Below, one piece after another: positions 9,795 to 20,054 of a stretch of DNA of 64,000 nucleotides. Numbering within the stretch: position 1 is the first letter of the stretch; each line of letters starts with the position of its first letter. Location: assembly GCA_963730615.1 (NCBI GenBank), contig CAVSSR010000006.1:488389-552388 (forward strand), read 5' to 3'. Origin of the DNA: an uncultured Bacteroidales bacterium. Lineage in GTDB: Bacteria; Bacteroidota; Bacteroidia; Bacteroidales; VadinHA17. Under the pieces are notes generated by a model. It did no database searches, had not been told where the DNA came from, and saw only the letters and a program-made list of their open reading frames with translations. A program made the translations under genes and the position numbers.

Positions 9795-11570
9795 TCAGGC
9801 ATTCTTCATCCAGTTGACCAGTCCCTTCTTCTCTATGATCTGCTTCAGCTCCGGAGGAAGAGGTTCAAATGTAAACTTCTTGCTGCCAACAGTCAGTGAT
9901 CCCTTATCAAAGTCAATCTCAACCTTGTCACCGGGTTTATACGCCTCCACAGCCTCACGGTGTACGATGAGCGGAAGTCCCTGGTTGATGGATGATCTGT
10001 AGAAGATGCGGTTCACTGACTTGATTATCACAGCCCTTATACCCAGATGGGCCAGTCCTACTGAAGGATGTTCACGTGAGCTTCCGCAGCCGAAGTTGTC
10101 ACCGGCGATGATGATGTCACCTGCCCGGGCATTACTGCTGAATGACGGGTCGAAGTCGCCGAAGAGCAGCGGCAGTATGGCAGCAGCATCAGAGCTCATC
10201 ACGCTGTATGTGTGCTTTCCTGCGAACATCTGGTCTGTGTTGAGATTGTCAACATCAGCATAGTTCCAGATATTTCCCTCTTTCCTGTTCTCGCCCTCCT
10301 TAATGACATTTGTGGCACTCTGCGGCGGGTGGAAGGGAAAGACCTCAGCTCCCTTGACCTTTCGGGGATCAGTGATGACACCTGTTATTGCTGATGCTGC
10401 CACCGTGGCAGGTGATGCCAGGTAGATGGAGGCTTCCTTGTTACCCATCCTGCCCAGGAAATTACGGTTGGCGGTGGAGATAACCGTGTGACCGCTGGCC
10501 GGAATACCCTGGCCTGTACCAAGGCAGGGACCGCATGAAGGACTGAGGATATTTGCGCCGGCTTCGATGAGATCGGAGACGATGCCTTCCTTTATTGCCT
10601 GCAGGTAGATTTCCTTTGATGCGGGAATGATATGCAGCTGGAAACCAGGCTTTACCTTCTCCCCTTTCAGTATCGTTGCAGCAGTCATCAGGTCCTCAAT
10701 CCTGCCATTGGTACAGGTGCCGATGAGGCCTTCATGAACCACCGTGCCGGCAACCGATGCCACGGATTTTATGTTGTCGACGTTATGCGGGGCAGCCACG
10801 AGCGGAAAGACCTGTGAGAGGTCTATTGATACCCGGCAGTTGTAGACGGCGTCTTCATCAGCCCATACTCCCGCTGTTGCCTCGCCTGTATATTTCCGGA
10901 GAACATCGTCGGCAGGGAAGACTGCATTCTTGGCTCCCATCTCCGATGCCAGGTTGGCTACCGTCATCCTGTCACTGATACTCAGCGTGGAGACACCCTC
11001 GCCGTGAAACTCAATTGACATGTAATTGGCGCCGTCGGAGCCCAGCATGCCTATTATCCACAGAGACAGGTCCTTTGCGCTTACGCCCGGAGCCAGTTTA
11101 CCCTTCAGGTCAATCCTCATTGAAGGCGGCACGAGGAACCATGTCTCACCCCTTTTCCATATGCCTGCGGCTTCGGTGCGGTCAATACCTGCAGCAAGTG
11201 CATTAAAGGCGCCTGCCGTGCAGGTGTGGCTGTCTGACCCGACAATAATCATCCCCGGCCGTGCATGGTATGACATGAGCTGGTGACAGATCCCCATCCC
11301 GGAATCATAAAACCTGATGATACCCTGTTCAGTGACTATATTACGTATGTCCTGGTACTGTGTGGCCAGTTTTGCATCAGCAGGCGGTGCATTATGGTCA
11401 AGGACCACCAGCATCTGCGAAGGATTGAACACCTTTGCTCCTCCCATCTTGCGGAAGGTCTGGTATATGCTTGAGGTGTTATCATGGGTAAGGATGATAT
11501 CAGGTTTTCTGAAGACAACGGCTCCCTCGGGAGCACCAAGTATCTTTTCAATAAATGTCTGTGGTTTCAT
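9795..11570 (-). CDS. aconitase-family dehydratase, fused LeuC-like large and LeuD-like small (swivel) domains (paralog 1)
   Basis: 591-aa intact ORF. Motifs: VGSDSHTCTAGA, GTCTNGRIEDL and SCGPCLG (Fe-S cluster Cys ligands). The C-terminal swivel domain carries GDNFGCGSSREH. Confidence 0.8.
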   Translation of the reverse strand: MKPQTFIEKILGAPEGAVVFRKPDIILTHDNTSSIYQTFRKMGGAKVFNPSQMLVVLDHNAPPADAKLATQYQDIRNIVTEQGIIRFYDSGMGICHQLMSYHARPGMIIVGSDSHTCTAGAFNALAAGIDRTEAAGIWKRGETWFLVPPSMRIDLKGKLAPGVSAKDLSLWIIGMLGSDGANYMSIEFHGEGVSTLSISDRMTVANLASEMGAKNAVFPADDVLRKYTGEATAGVWADEDAVYNCRVSIDLSQVFPLVAAPHNVDNIKSVASVAGTVVHEGLIGTCTNGRIEDLMTAATILKGEKVKPGFQLHIIPASKEIYLQAIKEGIVSDLIEAGANILSPSCGPCLGTGQGIPASGHTVISTANRNFLGRMGNKEASIYLASPATVAASAITGVITDPRKVKGAEVFPFHPPQSATNVIKEGENRKEGNIWNYADVDNLNTDQMFAGKHTYSVMSSDAAAILPLLFGDFDPSFSSNARAGDIIIAGDNFGCGSSREHPSVGLAHLGIRAVIIKSVNRIFYRSSINQGLPLIVHREAVEAYKPGDKVEIDFDKGSLTVGSKKFTFEPLPPELKQIIEKKGLVNWMKNA

Positions 11571-11587
11571 ATCTTATTATCAGATGT

Positions 11588-13405
11588 TTATATTTTCCCA
11601 AGCAGTCCGCCTTTCATATATATCTCATGCTGTGCGTCGTAGAACGGATTTATTTTCATGGTCAGGCCGTTGCGCTCGTTGACCACCTCGCCTGTCAGCA
11701 GGTTAACAGTTATCACATCCTGATCTTTCAGGTCTATCTTTTCAAATGAATCATATGTAAGAACAGGAAAGGCGGCGTTTATGGCGTTACGTTCATAAAT
11801 AGCCCCGAAGGATTTTGCTATCACAGCCTGTATTCCCAGCGAGATGAAGCAGTCCACTGCCTGCTGGCGTGAGCTGCCGCTGCCGAAGTTCTTTCCTGCG
11901 ATTATAATATCGCCCGCCTGGGCCTTGCGCGAAAAATCCTTATACCCCTCGAGGTTATCAAAGGCATACTGTCCCATCTCGCGTATGTCGGTTATGGCAA
12001 GATAGCGGTTATGGAAGATCATGTCGGTGTCAATGTTATCGCGCTCAATCAGCCATACCCTTCCCCTGATAACGGCAGGGCGTTCAGCGGCAGCCTGCTG
12101 CGGCTTGCTTTTCGGCGTCACCGGCTGAGCGGCTGGTTTTGTATATTCAAGCGGTTCATCAGGGATGGCGTCAGGTGTCGTTATGTATCCTGCCAGCGCT
12201 GAAGCGGCCACCACGGCAGGTGAAGCGAGGAAAACGCTTCCCTGCCCCTGCTTGCCCGGGAAATTACGGTTTCCCGTGCTGACCGTCACCTCACCCTTGC
12301 CGTTCTGTCCCACCTGTCCGGCTGCACAGCCTGCGCACCCGGCATTGGAGACGAGGGCTCCGGCATTCTTGAATATCTCAATAAATCCCTCGGAAAGACA
12401 TTCTTTCCACACCTCGTCTGTTGAAGGGACTATCTTCAGCACCACTCCCGGGGCGACTTTTTTTCCTTTGAGTATACCGGCGGTGACTCTCATGTCTTCG
12501 ATACGGCCGTTAGTGCAGCTGCCGATAAAGGCAGAGTCAATCCTGGTGACGGGAAGCCCGCTTACTGTTACTGTATCATGCGGCTCACCCGGTCGTGATA
12601 CCATGGGCCTGAACGCTGTCACGTCGATGTCAGCCGTGATCGCATAAGATGCATCAGGGTCGGCAAATACCGGTTCAAAGGGCTCTTTGGATCTGGCACG
12701 GCAATAGTCTGTTATTTCTTCCGTGGGAGGAAAGAGGATTATTATAGCGCCCATCTCGGTGGCCATTGAGGCTATTGTTATGCGCTCATCAAGGGTCATT
12801 TTATCTACGGCATCGCCGTACAGCTCAATGCTGTAACCCAGAAGGGTGTTGGCTCCGTATATCTTCAGCAGGTTCAGTATCACATCCTTGGCAGTAACTC
12901 CTGCCGGCATCTCCCCGTTGAGGTTTAACCTTACCGAGGCAGGCACCTTGAACCATACTTTGCCGCTGTTCCAGGCAGCGGCGATATCCATGTCGCCCAT
13001 GCCCTGTCCGAATGCACCCACGGCGCCAAGGATATTGGCGTGTGAGTCGGTCGATACAGCGGTGGCGCCGGGCCAGACGTATCCTTCCTCGATAAGAAGA
13101 TGAGTACCTATACCGGCGTTGATATCATATACCCTGATATCGTTATTGCGTGCAAACTGCCTGCAGATGTGCTGGTTGACTGCATATTTCTGATCCGAGC
13201 CCGTGGGGTTGCAGTCGAACGTAAAGAATGTCCTGGCAGGGTCATCAACCGAAAGGCCGAAGTCGTTAAGGTTCTTTACCACGTTGGCACCGCCGAAATC
13301 CCTGGCTGCCCGGGCATCAATACTTATATCGATAATGTCCCCGGGTTTTACGGCATCATATTTTGAATGAGATGCAATGATCTTTTCAGTGATTGTCATT
13401 CCCAT
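11588..13405 (-). CDS. aconitase-family dehydratase, fused LeuC-like and LeuD-like domains (paralog 2)
   Basis: 605-aa intact ORF. Motifs: STDSHANILGA, GSCTNGRIEDM and GCAGCAAG. A Pro/Ala/Gln-rich linker (KPAAQPVTPKSKPQQAAAERP) precedes the swivel domain, which carries GKNFGSGSSRQQ. Confidence 0.8.
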   Translation of the reverse strand: MGMTITEKIIASHSKYDAVKPGDIIDISIDARAARDFGGANVVKNLNDFGLSVDDPARTFFTFDCNPTGSDQKYAVNQHICRQFARNNDIRVYDINAGIGTHLLIEEGYVWPGATAVSTDSHANILGAVGAFGQGMGDMDIAAAWNSGKVWFKVPASVRLNLNGEMPAGVTAKDVILNLLKIYGANTLLGYSIELYGDAVDKMTLDERITIASMATEMGAIIILFPPTEEITDYCRARSKEPFEPVFADPDASYAITADIDVTAFRPMVSRPGEPHDTVTVSGLPVTRIDSAFIGSCTNGRIEDMRVTAGILKGKKVAPGVVLKIVPSTDEVWKECLSEGFIEIFKNAGALVSNAGCAGCAAGQVGQNGKGEVTVSTGNRNFPGKQGQGSVFLASPAVVAASALAGYITTPDAIPDEPLEYTKPAAQPVTPKSKPQQAAAERPAVIRGRVWLIERDNIDTDMIFHNRYLAITDIREMGQYAFDNLEGYKDFSRKAQAGDIIIAGKNFGSGSSRQQAVDCFISLGIQAVIAKSFGAIYERNAINAAFPVLTYDSFEKIDLKDQDVITVNLLTGEVVNERNGLTMKINPFYDAQHEIYMKGGLLGKI

Positions 13406-13519
13406 GATTTAAGTGTTTTGGTGTTCATCCGGAGGCAAATTTAGCATTCCGGTTCGGTTTTCATAATGAATAAGATCATTCGCCGGGCCGCGAAGTGATA
13501 AAAGGTCAGGCCCTGGTTT

Positions 13520-14369
13520 TCAGCTCCTGTACTGTGCCCGGTAATCCCGTGCAGACATGCCCGCGTGCTTCCTGAACTGCTTGTTGAAGTTTGATACTGT
13601 GGCAAAGCCGCATTCAAAGACGATCTCGTTTATCTGGTGGTCTGTCTCGCGAAGCAGATAGCATGCCTTGTTCGTCCTTACCTGGTTAACATAGTCAACA
13701 AAGCCGCTGCCGGTACTGCGTGAGAAGAAGCGGCTGAACGAATGGGGGCTCATCTGCGCTATGGCAGCAACTTCTTTAATGGGTATGGGCCTGAAAAAAT
13801 TCTCCCTGACGAAGCCGCAGACCTCTGTGAGACGGCTGTCTGTCATTTCGTGGCCACTGTCAGGAACCTCTCCTGAAAGCAGCTTGTACTTCTCTGCTGA
13901 ACAAAGTATCTCCAAGAAGCTGGAAAAGACTGACCATCTTCTTCATCCCTGTCTCCGTAAGCATTCTTCGCATTGGCTCTTCGGCAGCCATCCCTGTCTC
14001 AGCTGTAAAAGAGACACCCCTGGGGGCCTCATCAAGCAAGCGGCGCAGCTGCGCCGTCTCAAACTGCGACAGCAGTGACTCTCCAAGCGATTCACGCCTG
14101 AAATGACACATGATGGCATGGTTACCCCTGTCATTGTCATCATTCCTGTAAAAGTTCCAGAAGTGCTTAAGGTCAGGACCGTAAATAACAAGGTCATAAC
14201 GGTCAAAGATCTCCACCGAGTCACCTGCAACACGGGTACCGTTACCGGTGATGTTAAGAACAATCTCATATTCAGGATGGATGTGCAGGAAGCTGCTCTC
14301 ATTGTCGACCCACTCGGCTCTGAAGCCGGAGCCATCATCATGCCTGATGCTGATTATTTCAGGAATCAT
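13520..14369 (-). pseudogene. AraC-family transcriptional regulator (cupin sensor plus HTH), one frameshift
   Basis: Fragments 13860..14369 (cupin-like N-domain) and 13520..13915 (HTH_18: IKEVAAIAQMSPHSFSRFF...ECGFATVSNFNKQFRKHAGMSARDYR). Confidence 0.8.
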
Positions 14370-14735
14370 ATTAGAAAATGTTTATGGTCAGGGTAAGAAA
14401 TGATCCAAATATTCCGACTAAAATTAAGAAAAGATAACGAGATTAGCAACCGGTCATTCATCACCGGAAATCGTTATTTCGTCAAAAATTTGCATTCTGT
14501 AAGAAAATTTGTTATATTTGTGTCAAGCTAATGCTAAAGATAAAAAGAGGAGAGCAAGGGTTACTCGTGGGAATCAAGAGGATTGTATTGCAGACATTGA
14601 CTTTCACATGGACCTATTGGCTGACTACCGTAGGTCACTTCCTTTTATCAGACAGTAGATTCCGGGATTATCTCATAAGCCCGTTCCTTAAAGTACCACA
14701 TTAACCCTCTCCTCTTTCTCTTTTTGTACCTACCG

Positions 14736-15438
14736 ATGAAAACTTTCCTACGACGATTTGAGAATAACAGGGAGCTGATTATTCTCTTTGGTACGTGGGG
14801 TATTGACGAAAAGGCTTTCTCGGACCTCTGCAATGACAGATTTGATTTTATACTCTATTATAATTATTCGGCGGATGAGCCCCTCATTCTTCCGGAGATG
14901 AAAACCTACAGGAGGGTGACAGTCATCGGATGGTCACTTGGAGTGTGGGCAGCAGAATATTACAGCCGGAAGATGGGCATTAAGCCTGACCTGACCATCG
15001 CCATCAACGGGACGCCGGTGGCAGCTGATGATAAATACGGTATACCCCTGAAAATATTCGAGGCAACCCTTGATAACATCTCAGACTATAGCATGGGCAA
15101 GTTCTATCTCAGGCTTTTTGGCACCAGGAGCCGTTTTGAGATGAACAGGCAGAATATACCCGTCCAGGTCCGTGAAGTCACTGCATGATGAACTGAGATG
15201 GCTCTATAACAGGATGATGGAGCCCGTACAGACCGGCTTTGTCTGGGATTATTCGCTTATAGGATCGGAGGACCGGGTTTTCAGGGCACCGAACCTTGTC
15301 AGCTACTGGTCTGAACACCCGGAAACAAGGCAGATAATAGTGGATGCACCACATTACCTCTTTGACGACTGGGATTCGCTTGAAGAACTGATAAGGTTTG
15401 TCAGAAGGTACCGGCTCTCACCCTTCCGCAATAAGTGA
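14736..15438 (+). pseudogene. DUF452 / BioG-like alpha-beta hydrolase (pimeloyl-ACP methyl ester esterase family), one frameshift near 15170-15190
   Basis: Fragments 14724..15188 (ATG at 14736; nucleophile elbow VIGWSLGVW) and 15172..15438. Confidence 0.55.
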
Positions 15439-15441
15439 TTG

Positions 15442-16779
15442 CTAAATGTCGCGCAGGAGGATGTTGGTCTCTGAAGAGGCTATCATTGCCTCAAACTTGT
15501 TCAGCGCCACGTCGATCTTCTTGTAATCCGCGTTATTTACAACAATTTTATGGATTGAACCTGAACTCTCCATCTTATCAAGGACGAATGAAAGGGTCAT
15601 ACGGTTTATATCGGTAGCAGGCTGATAAACGTATCTGTCCTCCGTTTCATCCCATAACTCGGTCACAAGTTCCGAATCACGCAGCTGGTCAAGGCAATCG
15701 TGCACCGTCCTGACAGGAAGGCTCAGGTCAGTGGATATTTCTTCCGGGGCCCTTGGTTTAATTCCTTTTATGAAATCATCAGTCAGGCAATGCATCACAA
15801 GCAACGACAGTCTCTTTTTCTGTTTCGGAGAGACAGTCTGTACATCGAATTCAAACTCATAACGGGTTATATTCTGCATGTAATAAGAAAGCTGAGCACC
15901 CATAAGAAGCGCCACCCAGGTCACCTGCGCCCAGATCATCAGAAGCGGGACGGCTGCAAAGCTCCCGTATAAGGTACCGAGTTTGGAAATACCCATCTGG
16001 GACTGGACATACAGGATTTGCAGCACCTGCAGGGCAATACCGGTAATCAAGCCCGCAACTATGGCCGGTCTGATCTTCACCCTGGTGTTAGGCATCACCA
16101 GGAATGCAGCGGTGGCCAATATGCACAGGAGAATATACGGAATAAGCTGTACCAGGAATGAGACAACCGGTTTCAACACTTCCAGCATTTCAGACTGGCC
16201 AAGCATCTCATTCAGTTTGGTGTTGGCAAGAACGGTAACGCTGCTGGATGCGATAAAGATCACAGGCACCATTATGATAATGGCAAGATAGTCAGTCATT
16301 TTGCGGTACCATACCCTTGTCTCATCCACCCGCCATATAGTGTTTATTGTGGTTTCAACATAATTAAGCAGCTGGCCTACAGTATAGAAGAGCAAGGCAA
16401 TACCCACACCGGCAATCCACCCTCCGCTGGCCTCCTCAAGCATTGTATTTGCAAAATCAAGGATCCAGGCCATCACCTGTTCCTGGTTGTGGAACTGCAT
16501 TATGATCTGTGCCCTGAGCTCGTCCTGCAGCCCAAATCCCTTGGCGATACCAAATGCCAGGGCAACCAGGGGAATTACTGACAATATCGTAAAGTATGTC
16601 AGGGCTGACGCTTTTATATAAATATTGTCTCTCCTTATCCCCTTGATAACCATATAAATAATACGTACCTGACGTATCCAGTAAGCCTTATTACCGGTCA
16701 GCCTGTCCATAGGAGTCTTCCAGATATCTGTCCTGATACTGTTATATGTCCGGGTGATCCAATTAACGGGGTTCTTCAT
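15442..16779 (-). CDS. YihY/BrkB-family inner membrane protein with a C-terminal winged-helix-like extension
   Basis: ORF 15442..16785; ATG at 16779. It has six or so TM segments typical of YihY. The roughly 130-aa C-terminal soluble tail contains the HTH-like stretch EEISTDLSLPVRTVHDCLDQL. Confidence 0.7.
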   Translation of the reverse strand: MKNPVNWITRTYNSIRTDIWKTPMDRLTGNKAYWIRQVRIIYMVIKGIRRDNIYIKASALTYFTILSVIPLVALAFGIAKGFGLQDELRAQIIMQFHNQEQVMAWILDFANTMLEEASGGWIAGVGIALLFYTVGQLLNYVETTINTIWRVDETRVWYRKMTDYLAIIIMVPVIFIASSSVTVLANTKLNEMLGQSEMLEVLKPVVSFLVQLIPYILLCILATAAFLVMPNTRVKIRPAIVAGLITGIALQVLQILYVQSQMGISKLGTLYGSFAAVPLLMIWAQVTWVALLMGAQLSYYMQNITRYEFEFDVQTVSPKQKKRLSLLVMHCLTDDFIKGIKPRAPEEISTDLSLPVRTVHDCLDQLRDSELVTELWDETEDRYVYQPATDINRMTLSFVLDKMESSGSIHKIVVNNADYKKIDVALNKFEAMIASSETNILLRDI

Positions 16780-16861
16780 TTTCAATGATTTATGCCGGAC
16801 TGCAAATTTAACAAATGATCTTCAAACACTATTATTATCTTCACATTTTGAAAACTGCAAG

Positions 16862-17563
16862 ATGATTATCTCCATAAAAGAGTTCATTAAAGGGGCGCAA
16901 GAGGCTGAGGGAATAACAGTTATAATTGATGTATTCCGGGCCTTCAGCACGGCCTGTTATGCTTATGACAGCGGAATAAAGCGTCTGATAGCTGTCGCCA
17001 CCCCTGCCGAAGCACTCGCTCTAAGGGAAAAACTTAAGGGAGAGACAATTATTGCCGGAGAGCGTGAAGAAAAGAAACCGGACGGTTTTGACATGGGCAA
17101 CAGTCCCACCGAAATGCTGACAGGCATTCTTCACGGAAAAACCATGATCCATTGCACAACGGCAGGCACCAACGGCATCATGAGCGCCCGGGGCGCCACC
17201 GAGATACTGGGCGCCGGGCTGGTCAATGCCGGAGCGGTTGCCTCATATATCAGCATGCTGAACCCGGAGAAGGTGACGTTGGTTGCAATGGGCTACAGGG
17301 CAACGGAATCAGCCGGGGAAGACCTGCTCTGTGCCAGGTATATAAAAGAACTGCTCCTCGGGAATGAAGTGGATATAAAGGACGAAATAAATGCCCTGAG
17401 AACAGGGGCTGGAAGCCGTTTCTTCAATCCCGCAAACCTGTCGTTCAGCCCTCCTACCGATTTTTTCCTGTGCACTGACCTGAACCGTTTCAATTTTGTT
17501 CTGAAAGCAGTGATTACTACACCAGGTTATGCCGAGATGCTCAGGATAGACATGAACCATTGA
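16862..17563 (+). CDS. 2-phosphosulfolactate phosphatase (ComB) family protein
   Basis: ATG at 16862 (MIISIKEFIKGAQEAEGITVIIDVFRAFSTACYA...GFDMGNSP), which fits the ComB-family N-terminal pattern. Confidence 0.6.
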   Translation: MIISIKEFIKGAQEAEGITVIIDVFRAFSTACYAYDSGIKRLIAVATPAEALALREKLKGETIIAGEREEKKPDGFDMGNSPTEMLTGILHGKTMIHCTTAGTNGIMSARGATEILGAGLVNAGAVASYISMLNPEKVTLVAMGYRATESAGEDLLCARYIKELLLGNEVDIKDEINALRTGAGSRFFNPANLSFSPPTDFFLCTDLNRFNFVLKAVITTPGYAEMLRIDMNH

Positions 17564-17616
17564 ATGTAATCTGGCAGGAAAATTGTATTGAAAGGTTTCA
17601 GCTAGCTATTCCGATA

Positions 17617-19067
17617 TGAAATTTAAGTACTTCGTCACATTAAGTCTGATTTTGGCACTGCAGTCTTTTACGCTGCTTATACATCCCAGACCGGCCACTC
17701 AATTGGCATCACTGTTAACGGAACACAAGAGATAAAAATAAGACTTGCATATCATCTTGGCAGTGAACAATATATAAAAGACAGCTTAAGTACTGATAAA
17801 GCAGGTAAAGGAAGGTTTACCGGCAGTGAAAAGCTATCACCCGGTGTCTATATGATTGTTTTTCCCGGGAACACTTTCTTTGAGTTTCTTGCCGGAGAGG
17901 ATCAGTTTTTTGACATCTCGTGCAGCATTAACGATCCGGCCGGCACACTTGTGTTCAGGGGCTCGGATGAGAATGACCGCTTTCTTGAGTACCAGAAGAA
18001 GTGGAAGACACTGCAGGAGGAAGCGATGGCTGCAAGCGAGAAGCTGAGGGTCAGCCTCACCGTCGGGCAGTGAAACCGCTGCACTGAAGCAACAGCTCAG
18101 CGACCAGGAAAAGAAAATGAAGCAATACCTGCATGAGACGGCAGATAAGAACAAGGGAACTCTTCTGGGCGCAATTGCAAAGTCAATTATCCCGGTCGAA
18201 ACAATAGCCCCCACCGTTCCGGCAGGCATGGCAAATCCTGATTCCGTCTCCCGCCTGTGGTCTTACCTGTATTACAAGGACCATTTCTTTGACAACATTG
18301 ATTTTTCACAACCCGGACTTATCCGCAGCCCTGTACTAGGCGGGAAGCTTGATCAGTTTTTCGGACAGGTTGTGATCCAGATGCCTGATTCGATCAATAA
18401 GGAGGCTGACAGGGTACTTGAAATGAGCGGCAGGAATAAGGATATGTTTCAGTATGTTGCCGTATGGCTTCTGAACAGGTATGCAACAAGCGAGATCATG
18501 GGCCATGACGCCGTGGTCGTACACCTTGCTGACAGTGTATACCTGGCCGGCAAAGCTCCATGGGCGAACGAAGAGTATCTGTCAGACCTCGCAAAGAGGG
18601 TTGAAAGATTGCGTCCAAACCTGATTGGCAAAAAAGCTGCTGAAATGGTCATGAGCTCATTTGCAGGTCAGTATGTCTCACTCTATGATGTGAAGGCAGA
18701 CTTCACCATTGTCTATTTCTGGGAGCCGGACTGCGGCCACTGCAAGGAAGCTACTCCGCTCCTTAAAACATACTATGAAGAAAACAGAGGAAAGGGAATA
18801 GAGGTTTTTGCTGTCTGCACTCAGTCTGACAGGGAAAAGTGGGAGAAATACATTGCCGATCACGGTCTGAGCTGGATAAACGGCTGGGACCCTCAGCGCC
18901 TTAGCCGGTTTGATTACTTCTATAATGTTGAGTCCACCCCACTTGTCTATATTCTCGACAGGAACAAAAGAATAATCGCCAAACGACTTGCGGTGACGGA
19001 TATTGGTCCGTTCATCGATAACTACAGAAAATTCGAGGATCAGTCAAGGGCTTCAGCCGGAAGGTGA
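17617..19067 (+). pseudogene. TlpA/redoxin-like thiol:disulfide oxidoreductase with N-terminal signal sequence, at least two frameshifts
   Basis: ATG at 17617 (MKFKYFVTLSLILALQSF...), then frame changes near 17670-17700 and about 18070. Fragments are 17852..18073 and 18117..19067. The thioredoxin motif is WEPDCGHCK. Confidence 0.7.
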
Positions 19068-20054
19068 TTTATCAGGTTATATAACGAAGTATAATGCTCT
19101 TTATATAAGCCGTTTATGATAATCCATTCCGTACCGCCTTCTGACACATTCACTGTCACCCTCAGAGCAGCATCCTGTTCTATCCTGTAACCGCATCTGC
19201 GCAATGCCCTTTCTGTCAGTTTTCTGACAATGCCTGTTCCCTCAAGAGCTATCGGTGCCAGTTTTTCCCTCACGAAGCTGAAAGTGCCACCCGTCTGGCT
19301 GAAAGTCAGCAGGGGGCTTTCGAAGGCTTTAGCAAGCATCCCGGAGAGCATCAGGTCTTCCGGTGCACCCTCGCATATGCCGGTATCTGTCATCAGCCAT
19401 ATCCTGTCAGCCTCGTTGATAGCCGTATCGAGGTCGTGGGTCGAGTATATCACGCATTTATCCTTCTCCCGTGTCAGCTTCCTGAGGAGACCGACGATGC
19501 TGTAACGTGACGGCAGATCAAGGAATGCCGTAGGCTCGTCCATTACAAGCAGATCAGTATCCTGCGCCAGTGAACGTGCTATAAGGGTCCGTTGACGCTC
19601 GCCATCGGAAATATTGTCAATGTTACGGTCTGCCAGCGCCGGCATGTCCGTTACCTCAAGGGCTTCACTGACTGATCCTTTCATCTTCTTCAGTGAGTGA
19701 TCCAATCCAGTTGGTGTAGGGAAAGCGTCCGAGGGCAACCACCTCCCGCACTTTTATATTGCGCAACGAAATTGGTTCAGTTGAAGTGAAACTTACCATC
19801 CTGGGAAGATCCGGGCTTTTCAGAGTATTGATTTCCTGCCCAAGCAGTCTTACGGTGCCATGCAGGGAAGGCTGCAATGCCACCATAGTCCTGAGGAGGG
19901 TACTCTTGCCTGTGCCGTTACGGCCGATAAGAGCCACCAGTTCACCGCGGTGGGCTGTAAGCGACAGATGATCCATCACCATGGTGCTCCTGCCCCGGGT
20001 CATATAACCAATGGCCAGGTCAGCCGTCTCTGCTATGACATTACCCGTACGCAT
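19040..20054 (-). pseudogene. ABC transporter ATP-binding protein (FepC/BtuD type), one frameshift
   Basis: Fragments 19665..20054 (Walker A GRNGTGKST) and 19040..19738 (signature SDGERQR, Walker B LLVMDEP). The start overlaps the upstream permease stop (TGATG). Confidence 0.85.

Noticed and set aside
9557-9800. tRNA-Arg as a genomic-island or integrative-element attachment site; ORFs 9354..9623 and 9553..9753 overlap the tRNA
   Set aside because: No integrase, transposase or phage genes flank the tRNA. I saw no direct repeat of the tRNA 3' end, and the neighbouring genes are ordinary metabolic or transport genes. The overlapping ORFs are spurious.
12165-12647. Long antisense ORFs inside well-supported genes, for example 12165..12647, 20538..20954, 28037..28558, 36590..37051, 37444..38082, 38127..38558 and 59861..60325
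   Set aside because: Each overlaps a gene with strong family motifs on the opposite strand. Their sequences are low-complexity or Ser/Pro/Arg-rich, as expected for antisense frames. There is no independent evidence for them.
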